DNA of 33,344 nt from Octopus bimaculoides (lineage: Eukaryota), in NCBI RefSeq assembly GCF_001194135.2, contig NC_068994.1, positions 37,393,695-37,427,038 on the forward strand. The letters run 5' to 3'. The position numbers and the translations under genes were made by a program. Below the pieces are notes generated by a model. It was not told the DNA's origin. It was given only the letters and a program-made list of their open reading frames with translations, and did not search any database. Of this stretch, positions 23,804 to 33,344 are shown one piece after another. Every line of letters starts with the position of its first letter. The first letter of the stretch is position 1.

Positions 23804-24309
23804 CTAAATAAATTTTAAGTAAGGAAAAGGGTCAATATTTTGAGCTTCAGCTCTTTATCATTGAAAAGAGTTCAGTGTGCTGCAGTTGAAATGTATCTCA
23901 GATAAGTAGTAGTAGTAGTAGTAGTAGTAGTTGTAGTATTAGAGGGTAATAAGGAGTTTCTGAGTTAAAATAGTAACTAAATATATTGCATTCCTCACAT
24001 TTCCTAATGTGTTCACCAATATGTTCATCTAATCAGCTCAGAGTTGCATCTGTTTGTATCTGGTACTGATAAGAACCAAACAAGCTTGAAATAAATTCAT
24101 CAATCCAACAAAGAGTACTCTGAGCTGAATATGGTGTTTTAACTCTTTTTTTGCTTAATGTAAGAACTTATTATTTTTCCATGGCAAGCTCCAGTAAAAA
24201 GCCTTTACAGGTTTTCAAATATCTGTCAAACATATTTGAACTTGTCTTAAGCTTATACACTCTTTAATTTATTAACCTCCATTTTGCAAATTAAACGTTT
24301 TTGACTGTT

Positions 24310-24480
24310 TATCGCTACAAGGGTGGTGAGCTGGTAGAATTGTTATCACACTGGGCAAGATGCTTAGGGCATTTCATCAGTCTTTATGTTCTGAGATCAA
24401 ATATTGCTGAGGACAACTTTGTCTTTCAATCTTTTGAGGTCGATAAAATAAGTACCAGTTAAGCACTGGAGTTGATGTTC
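24310..24480 (+). mobile_element. Family B SINE, older copy
   Basis: ggtggtgagctggtagaattgtt...aggtcgataaaataagtaccagtt. Confidence 0.8.
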
Positions 24481-24483
24481 AAA

Positions 24484-24756
24484 GGTCATGCTTCACCACC
24501 TCATCCCATGTTTTCCTGGGTCTCCCTCTTCCATGGGTTCCTTCACACAGCTCTCCTCATCCATACACAAGACCATACCAGCACAGTTGTCTCTCTTGCA
24601 CACCACATCTAATGCTTCTCATTTCCAGCATTTCTCTCAGGGCGCTTACACTCTGTTGTGTGTGCACACTGACATTACACATGCAGAGGACCATACCAGT
24701 TTCATTTCTTTCAAGCTTATACATGTCTTCAGCAGTCATAGCCCATGTTTCACTGG
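24484..24756 (-). pseudogene. RTE-clade LINE ORF2 C-terminal fragment
   Basis: SETWAMTAEDMYKLERNE...MCNVSV...RCGVQERQLCWYG and HGRGRPRKTWDEVVKHD, typical of RTE ORF2 ends. Confidence 0.85.
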
Positions 24757-25179
24757 AGGACAAACACAAACACAAGGACACACAGTTGAGGACAAACACA
24801 AACACAAGGACACACATGCATGCACATGCACACACACACACACACACATTTATATGACAGGCTTCTTTCATACATATACGTATATATGTACAAAATTATT
24901 TTCTTCAATTTACACATGTGTATATATGATTGCTTGTATGTGCTAAAATTTGAAATCAATTTTTACCCCTACACTATGTTTTAATTAGTTTGGTGTTTGA
25001 TTGTCATAAGCTGTTGTGTTTTGGATGTATGCTTAATACCAGAACGGAAACAAACTAGCAACCTTATTGATGATTTAAATTTAGGCTCATTCTATATGGA
25101 AATAAAACAACTGATCATGATCAAGCTAACCAAAACACTGTGCAGATATATATATAACGAATGTTAACATTGGCACAAG

Positions 25180-25370
25180 GTCACACATTTTGGGATAGAG
25201 TAAACTTAATTTAAATTGACCTGGTTATTGAATGATGTTTTATCAACCCTGGAAGAATGAAAGGGAAAATTAAACTCTGGTAGGACTTGAAATTGGGGCA
25301 TAAAGTAACATAGCAAAATACTTCAAAGTATTTTGTCAGTAGCTCAAAAGCTTCTGTCAGTCCAATGTCC
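25180..25370 (-). mobile_element. Family B SINE, degenerate
   Basis: ttttatcaaccctggaagaatgaaagggaaaatt. Confidence 0.55.
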
Positions 25371-25450
25371 TCTGTAAATATATATATATATATATATACA
25401 TATATAAAAATATGTTGTACCAAAAGATGGAAGTAGATTGTTTAGCTTAC

Positions 25451-25519
25451 ATGTCTGTATTGATCTTCGTCCTATGGTTTTCAATACATTGCTTGTGAAC
25501 TACATTGTCAAGATAGCCC
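25451..25519 (-). CDS. Candidate exon (69 nt, phase 2-2): GYLDNVVHKQCIENHRTKINTD
   Basis: Donor |gtaagc, T-rich acceptor region, single open frame, in frame with 23714-23803. Confidence 0.3.
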
Positions 25520-25825
25520 CTACATGATCAGTGAATAGCAAAAAAACATGTACATAAAGGTTATTATTTTTATAAAGCTTTAATTACCCCTTTTCTGTTG
25601 ATTGCATTGATTATTCAAGATTTGGCTTTTGAATCAAGTTAACCTCCATCACAACCTCCCAATGCTGTGGTTCTACAATGCTGGAGAAAAACTTATGGGG
25701 TAGTTTTTAGTGTTGTCATTTATAGAATTTTGTTGTGTATGAAACGAAAAAAAAACACTGTCAATAAGTTGCCCCACTCCTCTGTGCATGTGTGTGTGTG
25801 TGTGTGAATATGCAAACATATATCA

Positions 25826-26245
25826 TCATCGTCGTCGTCATCATCATCATCAAAATCGTCATTTAGTGTCTGTTTTTCATGCTGGCATGGGTGAGATTGT
25901 TTGACTGGAGCTGGTAAGGCAGAGAGCTACACCAGTCTCCGGTTTGTTTTAGTTTGGTTTCTATGGTTGAATGCCCTTCCTAATTCCAACCACTTTACAG
26001 AGTGTACTGGGTGCTTTTTATGTGTCACTAGCACAGGTGCCTTTTACATGTCACTACCACAGGTGCCTTTTAAGTTTCACCACATGGGTGAGATGGTTTG
26101 ACTGGAGCTGGTAAGCCAGAGAGCTGCACCAGACTCCGGTTTGTTTGGGTCTGGTTTCTATGGTTGAATGCCCTTCCTAATGCCAACCACTTTACAGAGT
26201 GTACTGGGTGCTTTTTATGTGTCACTGGCACAGGTCCCCTTCACG
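25826..26245 (-). mobile_element. RTE-like tail with an internal 197-bp tandem duplication
   Basis: catgggtgaga...actggagctggtaag starts at 25886 and again at 26083. Confidence 0.85.
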
Positions 26246-26489
26246 CAGCAACACCCAAATACACAACACACTGCTAGGAATTAAACTGATGATCTTATCA
26301 TTCTGAGTTAAATACACTAACCATTAAACTATGCTTCCAGTATAGTGGTTAAGCAACTACTATACTTAATAGTATTACTAGCTTTGAAATACAGAGAAAA
26401 TGTCGGAGAAATTAAAATAAACACAAGTTTATAATCTTAGTTCCTATGTGTATTTCTCCATTATGATTTCACTATGGTTTCACTTAGCT

Positions 26490-26940
26490 TGACGTGTTTT
26501 CTCAAGCACAGCAAATCGCCAAAAGTCTCAATTATACATATAGACATGTGTGTGTGTGTCTGTGTGTCTATAGAAAAATCTGCTTCAACGAATTCTGTCT
26601 GATCCATGAAAGCATGGAAAAATGAACTTAAAATGATGATAATGGTGATGGTGATGATGATGATGATGATGATGATATATCTTTTATCGTCTACTTGTTT
26701 CACTCGTTAGACTAGGGCCATGCTGGAGCACTGCCTTGAAGATTTTGTCAAATGAATTAACCCCAGTATTTATTGTTTTTTGAGCTTGGTACTCACTCTG
26801 TTGGCCTCTTTTGCTGAACTGCTAGCATTATGAGGACATAAACACACCAACACTGGTTGGTAGTGGAGGACAAACACAAGGACAAACATGCATGCACGTG
26901 CACACACACACACACACACATTTATATGACATGCTTCTTT
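26490..26940 (-). mobile_element. RTE-type tail (26490-26680) next to a family A 3' half (26690-26940)
   Basis: Homology to other copies. Confidence 0.65.
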
Positions 26941-27782
26941 CATACATATATGTACATATGTACAAAATTATTTTCTTCAATTTACACATGTGTATATATT
27001 ATTGTATGTATGTATGTATGTATGTATTTATATATGATTAAATGTTGTACTATGTTCAATGCTACATCTTAATGCTAGTATTATGATAATGCTCAATATC
27101 GTGAGAGAGAAGTAATTAAACTATATGTTCAGTAAAATATATAAATATATTGAAAACAACACAACATATATGTAAATGGTATTGCAGTAAATATATTTAT
27201 GTAACTTAATACTTTGCAGTCTCAAAAGTTTCATATGTTGCATACAATCATCAGTAGAAGAAAGAGGCCTTATGATGATATATATCTAATTTATAGAAGT
27301 ATACTGTAATGTATCTTTCATTCACAGTACACTCTGGCATATTTGAACATGAATAATCTGATTGCTGTTGTTTTTGTCATTGGAGAACATGGCATGTGTT
27401 CATAACATGTGTGATTCAGCTGTGCCAGGGAACTTTGAAGCACAATGGTGTTTCAACCTCATTGTGTGTTTCTTCAGTCAATGCTCTCCCACTAGACTGA
27501 TGAATCTAACAAGAGCACCAGCTCTTGTTCATAGAAATCAACAAAATTATTTGCTGATGCATGTTGTTGTCTGCCGAACAGATAATAAGTCACAGGATGC
27601 ATGCAGAACAGCAAGGATTCAAGCAGTTATGTATCTGTGAATAATGTATATATTTCAGCAAAAGATATCCAGTTACACACACACACAGAAACACACTCAT
27701 GCACACATATGCACGTAAGCATGCATGTACATATGCGCATGCACACACACACACACACACACACACAGTCACACACAACATA

Positions 27783-28014
27783 AGGTGGCGAGCTGGCAGA
27801 AACATTAGCACGCCGGGCGAAATGCTTAGTAGTATTTCGTCTGCCGTTATGTTCTGAGTTCAAATTCCGCCAAAGTTGACTTTGCCTTTCATCCTTTCGG
27901 GGTCGATTAAATAAGTACCAGTTACGCACTGAGGTCGATATAATCGACTTAATCCATTTGTCTGTCCTTGTTTGTCCCCTCTGTGTGTAGCCCCTTGTGG
28001 GTAGTAAAGAAATA
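27783..28014 (+). mobile_element. Family B SINE, full length, young
   Basis: Head ggtggcgagctggcagaaacattagcacgccgggcg; 12-bp TSD acacacaacata (27771-27782, 28015-28026). Confidence 0.92.
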
Positions 28015-28119
28015 ACACACAACATATCTTGTGTATACAAACAAATGTACAACAACTACTGTTAAGTCTAGAGCTCCATCTAAATTATTATATTTCAGTC
28101 TGATTCCCATATGGCTGAG

Positions 28120-28438
28120 CACTATGTTGGTTAGAAAGGGGAGTATTCCAGTTGATTTGAACTATGGAACAGTCTCCTCATAAAATTAATGTGCAAGTGG
28201 ATGAGTACTCCACAGACACACATACCATTAAGGTAGGTCTCAGGAAGATTCCTCATGACACATCAAATGTGACACGGCTGGCCCTTAGAACTACAGGTAT
28301 AACAGATTTTTGCCAGCTGAGCTAACTGGAGCAACGTAGCATAAAACATCTTACTTAAGGACGCAATGCACTGCTGGAAATTAAACTGATGGCCTTATGA
28401 GCCTGAGCCAAATGCACTAACCATTAAGCCATGCTTCC
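28120..28438 (-). mobile_element. Family C-related SINE, old
   Basis: aaattaatgtgcaagtggatgagtactccac matches 9753-9780. Confidence 0.7.
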
Positions 28439-28944
28439 AGTATAGTTGCTAAGCAACTACAATATTTAATAGTAATACTAGCTTTGAAATACAGAGAAAA
28501 TGTAGGAGGAATTGAAGTAAAAACAAATTTATAACCCTAGTTCTTATGTGTATTTTTCCAACAGGGTTGCATGGAACCCTACATTGGATGTTCCATGTGC
28601 ATTTAGATGCCTAATTAGAATGGACCCCATACATATATACATACATACATACATACATACATACATACACACATACATATACACATATATTTGGAAACAA
28701 CTGAAGGTTGATGACAGAAACAGCTTCCATCCATAGGAAATCTGCCTAAATAAACTCTATCCAATCCATGAAAGTATGGACAGCTGAGGATGATGACAGC
28801 CATCCATCCATACAGTATATGCATTTAAGTTTATCTCTACAGATTTTCTAGAGAATTCAGAGCCAGCACTGAAAGTCACAGCATTTTGTATATGGATACT
28901 TTTATTAAGCAATGCAATCGAAGCTGGAGATAAAATAAGTATTG

Positions 28945-28998
28945 GGTGCATATACATATTTCGAGATTTATTGCTCTTTCATCAGTACCACATCCAAT
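28945..28998 (-). ncRNA. Hammerhead-like motif (H4), stem II imperfect
   Basis: ggatgtggta-CTGATGA-aaGAG-caataaat-CTC-GAAA-T-atgt-ATA-tgcaccc. Confidence 0.45.
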
Positions 28999-29346
28999 CC
29001 ATCAACTATCCATGAATGCATTACTTCCATATTCACTATGTTTAGTGGTGTAACACAACTGGATTGATCAATTTACATATTAAACACATTCCTGGCAGCT
29101 GGTACATAAATATTAATTGCTAACGAGGACACAACATTTTGTTTTGCAACCATAAATACTACCAAGTATATTAAAGGTTTATGAGTTAATATTGTGCCTT
29201 ACTTTTATGTGTTAGTAGTGCAATTTTCCCATTATTTAGTTTATATATTTTCTATGGAGTTCAGAGCCAGCACTGAAAGTTACAAAGTTTCATTCATGAA
29301 TAGGTCTATGTAAACAATACAATAAAAGAAAGATAAAAAGTAGGTG

Positions 29347-29400
29347 ATGGATGTATATGCATATTTCAAGAGTTATTGCTCTTTCATCAGCACCACATCC
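29347..29400 (-). ncRNA. Type I hammerhead-ribozyme-like motif (H5, best preserved)
   Basis: Minus strand: ggatgtggtg-CTGATGA-AAGAG-caataa-CTCTT-GAAA-T-atgc-ATA-tacatcc. Confidence 0.6.
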
Positions 29401-29450
29401 AACCTGTCTACTAATGGGTATTTAAGCAACATGCTCGTATATAGTTGATG

Positions 29451-29508
29451 GGTTGGATATGCTACTGACGGAAAAGTAATAACGGTTGAAATATGCATAT
29501 GCACCCAT
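29451..29508 (+). ncRNA. Inverted hammerhead-like copy (H6), core mutated
   Basis: ggatatgcta-CTGACGG-aaaagtaataacggtt-GAAA-T-atgc-ATA-tgcaccc. Confidence 0.3.
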
Positions 29509-29509
29509 T

Positions 29510-29560
<51 letters not shown>

Positions 29561-30149
29561 NNNNNNNNNNNNNNNNNNNNNNNNNNNNNNNNNNNNNNNN
29601 NNNNNNNNNNNNNNNAGAGAGAGAGAGAGAGAGAGAGAGAAAGAGGAGATAGATAGGTTGCTAGATATGCAGCCTTTCTATTTATGTTTCTTATTGCAAA
29701 ATTGAAATGTTTTGTATATACTCTATTTGCCTCAAATTTAATTTAATTTAATATAATTGCATCATTTGCTTATACCCACACAAACACACACCATCATCAT
29801 CACCATCGTCATCATCATCAGCACTCCATTCCATCTAATCAAATCAAATTTATCAACATTATTGTATATAACTAAACATACATGATTTTTTTTTTTCTCT
29901 AATGATATTCAGCAACCTTTCACCTATAATAACTTTCTTATTACATATTAATGTAACTATTCAATGTCAACAAACTTACTTCTATAACTATTTTGACAGC
30001 TCATTAACTTATTCCCCTTATTTTGCGACCTTCTACAAACATAATAGAAATTTTGTCCATCCTTTTGTTACCATATTTCCATTGAAATAAACTACTTCTA
30101 TTTCAAATATATTTTGAAAATATCTTCTTTACTTTCATTTCTTTTGCTT

Positions 30150-30520
30150 ATTTCTGTTGTTGGCTGAGGCCATGTTGGAGCACCAGTTTGAAGAGATTAG
30201 TTAAATAAATCAACCCCAATACTTAATTTTTAAGTGTAGTACATATTTTATTGGTCTCTTTTGCTGAGCCACAAAGTTATGAGGATGTAAATAAAACAAT
30301 ACCAGTTGTCAAGTAGTGATTGGCACAAACACAAACACAGACATATAGTTATGTAGACAGACTTCCACACAGTTTCCATCTTCCAAATTAATTCACAAGA
30401 CATTGGTTGACCTGGGGCTGTCGGAGAAGTTATTTGCTCAAGGTACTATGTAGTGGGAGTGAACACAAAATCTTGTGGTTGCAAAGCAAGTTTCTTAACC
30501 ACACAGCCATGTGTGCACCT
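30150..30520 (-). mobile_element. Family A SINE, older copy
   Basis: Complete body and head in reverse. Confidence 0.8.
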
Positions 30521-30587
30521 AATATAGGATCTATATCAAATAAGGCTTGAACACAAAATCTTGCAGGTCTCAGTCAAACGACATACA

Positions 30588-31110
30588 ACTGAGCTGGCAG
30601 AATCGTTAGCATGCTGGGCATAATGCTTTACAGCATTTCTCCCATCTTTACATTCTGAATTCAAATCCTGCTGAGGTCGATCTTGCCTTTCATCCTTTCA
30701 GGATCAATAAATTAAGTACCAGTGAAACACGGGTTAATGCAATCAACTAGTTCCTTCCCCCAAAATTTCAGGCCTTGTGACTTTGGAAGAAGGAATTATT
30801 ATACTGGTGTTTTCAAAGTCGTGATCTGGCAGAATCATTAGTATGCTGGGTAAAATGCTTAGAAGCATTTTGTGTCTTTACAATCTGAGTTCAAATTCTG
30901 CCGAGGTCAACTTTGCCTTTCATCCATTTGAGGTCGATAATATAAGTACCAGTTGAGCTCTGGGATTGATGTAATCGACTTACTCCTCTCCCGATCTAGC
31001 TGGTCTTGTGCCAAAATTCAGCACCATTATAATATTGGTGTTTAAAGCAGTGAGGTGGCACAATTGTTAGCACATAGGACAAAGTGCTAAGCAACATTTA
31101 TCTGACTTTG
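30588..31110 (+). mobile_element. Head-to-tail array of family B SINEs (two complete copies and one head)
   Basis: Heads at 30591, 30823 and 31052 (periods 232 and 229). Confidence 0.8.
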
Positions 31111-31144
31111 TGTTCTCCCAAAATCAACAAGGAAGAAAGAAATC

Positions 31145-31575
31145 AAGATCATAGATATTGCCATATTTGGAGACGCATGAGTAGGTGACAAAGAGCTGGG
31201 AAAGATTGAAAAGTACAAGCTACTAAAAGACAAAATTGCATGAGTGTGGGAAATGAAGAGAATAACTGTTATTCCAGTAGTTGTAGGAGCACTGAGAGCA
31301 CTAACAACCAGGTTTGAGAAATATGTTGGAGAAATTGAAATTGACATGAGAGTTGAACATGATCAGAAAACTGCTCCGTTGGGGGCAGTGACGATTTTGA
31401 GATTAGTATTTGGATGTTGAATATTGTGGAAATGTACCCTGTTAGACCTTTGACAATAGGTTGCTGTCCACTCTTTCAGAATTAACCAGAGCAAGTGAAA
31501 AAAATGGAGAGCTCTGAGAAGAACAAATTGAAAAAGCAATGATAAGGATCATGATAGTAATGATGATAATGAGCT
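31145..31575 (+). pseudogene. 3' end of an R4/Dong-type non-LTR element (REL endonuclease C-terminus, 3' UTR, (RAT)n tail)
   Basis: 31145-31420 reads KIIDIAIFGDA*VGDKELGKIEKYKLLKDKIA*VWEMKRITVIPVVVGALRALTTRFEKY...QKTAPLGAVTILRLVFGC*. Confidence 0.8.
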
Positions 31576-31929
31576 TATTGTATGCAGTGTTCTTGTGTAC
31601 AAAAGAGTAAAAGAGGAGACAGAAGTCAACAGTAAATCAAATGAAGAAATATAGCAATGACAGTCAAAATTAAATGCATACTAAACAGGATAAAATGCTC
31701 AAAAAAAAAAAGAAAAAGAAAGAAAAAGAAAAGAAAAGTGGACAGTAGGAGCACCATAAAGAGTAAAACGTGCATAGGAATGTAAGGACTAGTAGTGTTG
31801 GCTCCAGAAGGGTGGAAAACAAAGGTGACCTCAAGGAGATTTGAATACAGAATGTAAAGGATTAAAATTAAATACTATAAAGTATTTTGTTAGCTCCTCA
31901 TATGACTCTGCTTGTAGTAATGTTTTCAA

Positions 31930-32050
31930 ATTTTAATACAAGGCCAGAAAGCTCCAGGAGAGGATGCAAGTTGACTGCATCGACCCCAGTGTTCAATTGG
32001 TATTTATTTTATTGGCCCTGAAAGGATGAAAGGTAAAGTTAGCCCTGTTG
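31930..32050 (-). mobile_element. Family B SINE fragment
   Basis: catcgaccccagtgttcaattggt...aaaggatgaaaggtaaagtt. Confidence 0.7.
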
Positions 32051-32180
32051 ACATTCTGCTTGCAATACTACCTGGCTGTAATGAATATCTTTAATTTAGA
32101 TACAAATTCAATCCCATTGTAGGTATTTATACAAACATAAACATATGCATGTACTCCTGCTTATCTATCTATCCATCTAT

Positions 32181-32212
<32 letters not shown>

Positions 32213-32214
32213 AT

Positions 32215-32443
32215 TCTTTTGTTCTTTGACTAGTTTCAGTAATTTGACTGCGGCCATGCTGCAGCACTGCCTTAAAGGGTTTTAGTCCAAGAAATTGATG
32301 CCAAGAGTTGTTCTTTGTAAGCCTAGTACTTATTTTATCAGTCTCTTGTGCCGGACTGCTAAGTTACTAGGACATAAACACATCAGCATTAGTTGTTGAG
32401 CGATGGCAGGGGGGACCAAATACAGACAGGCACACACACACAA

Positions 32444-32484
<41 letters not shown>

Positions 32485-32645
32485 GGGCTTCTTTCAGTTT
32501 CCATCTACTAAATCCACTCACAAGGCTTTGGTTGGCCTGAGACTATAAAAGAAGATACTTGCCCAAGGTGCCACACAGTGGGATGGAACACAGAACCATG
32601 TGGTTGGAAAGCAAGCCTCTAACCACACAGATACACCTGCACCTA
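32215..32645 (-). mobile_element. Family A SINE
   Basis: Full body and head. Confidence 0.88.
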
Positions 32646-32699
32646 TATATATACACATATATATATGTGCATGCATGCATACACGTACATACACGCACA

Positions 32700-32900
32700 A
32701 ACATCATCATCATCATCATCATCATCATTGTTTAAATGTCTAATTTTGCATGCATAGGTCAGATAGAATTCCTCGAAGCAGATTCCATGTGGCTGGATGC
32801 ACTTCCTGTCACCGCTCCTCATTTCTTTTGAAGTTAGGTAGTATTTTCCCAACAGAAATTGGAAGTGAATGACATCCAAAGGTCCAAGATGGAAATGTTT
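32700..32900 (-). mobile_element. RTE-like tail fragment
   Basis: (CAT)n...ggctggatgcacttcctgtcacc. Confidence 0.65.
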
Positions 32901-33109
32901 GACTGGTAATACACTAAGTCTTTTAGTGGCTGAATATTTGTTTCCTTGCATGTGCATATGTGTATGTATTTGCATATGTACATGCATGTATCTATGTGTG
33001 GGAGAATTAAAGTGTGAAAAGCTATGTGAAAGGGCTCATAGCAGGTTTAAGTATACTTATTATTGAATTTGCAAAATACCTGTGCATATATATATATATA
33101 TATATATAT

Positions 33110-33273
33110 AGGCGTAGGAGTGGCTGTGTGGTAAGTAGCTTGCTTACCAATCACATGGTTCTGGGTTCAATCCCCCTGTGTGGCACCTTGGGCAAGTGTT
33201 TTCTGCTATAGCCTCAGGCCAACCAAAGCCTTTTGAGTGGATTTGGTAGATGGAAACTGAAAGAAACCTTTCG

Positions 33274-33344
<71 letters not shown>
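33110..33344 (+). mobile_element. Family A SINE 5' half, running off the window
   Basis: ggcgtaggagtggctgtgtggtaagtagcttgc. Confidence 0.9.

Larger units (their letters stand above)
28820..29508 (-). mobile_element. Hammerhead-bearing repeat unit: direct repeats about 405 bp apart plus an inverted terminal copy
   Basis: 28856-29008 is homologous to 29260-29413. 29347-29413 and 29442-29508 form a gap-free inverted repeat (53/67 matches). Confidence 0.75.

Noticed and set aside
23950-24130. Minus-strand frame resembling a Penelope GIY-YIG domain
   Set aside because: It lacks the YIG motif and has an internal stop; the resemblance is too weak.
30588-31110. CRISPR-like or satellite array
   Set aside because: The units are SINE copies in eukaryotic DNA; there is no repeat-spacer structure.

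Overview
AT-rich, repeat-dense eukaryotic DNA with six N gaps. It is most likely a cephalopod (Octopus-like) intronic or intergenic region; this is inferred from the tRNA-derived SINE families and the (TA)n/(CA)n load, not proven. Nearly all ORFs in the supplied track are microsatellite or SINE artefacts. Supported content: about 35 SINE copies or fragments in three families, several with exact target-site duplications (TSDs); fossils of a Tc1/mariner transposase, a hAT (Buster/Charlie-type) transposase, an RTE LINE 3' end and an R4/Dong-type REL endonuclease; a mariner MITE; and a few weak candidate minus-strand exons of an unidentified gene. The most interesting signals are: (1) several type I hammerhead-ribozyme-like folds, especially at 28.8-29.5 kb, where two same-strand copies lie about 405 nt apart and a third is inverted (Penelope-derived or retrozyme-like architecture); (2) a gap-free 223-bp palindrome; (3) repeated short local duplications of 'SINE edge + unique flank' into other elements; (4) a CpG-retaining island at 19.8-21.0 kb in otherwise CpG-depleted DNA. 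All analysis was by eye, with no database search or folding run.
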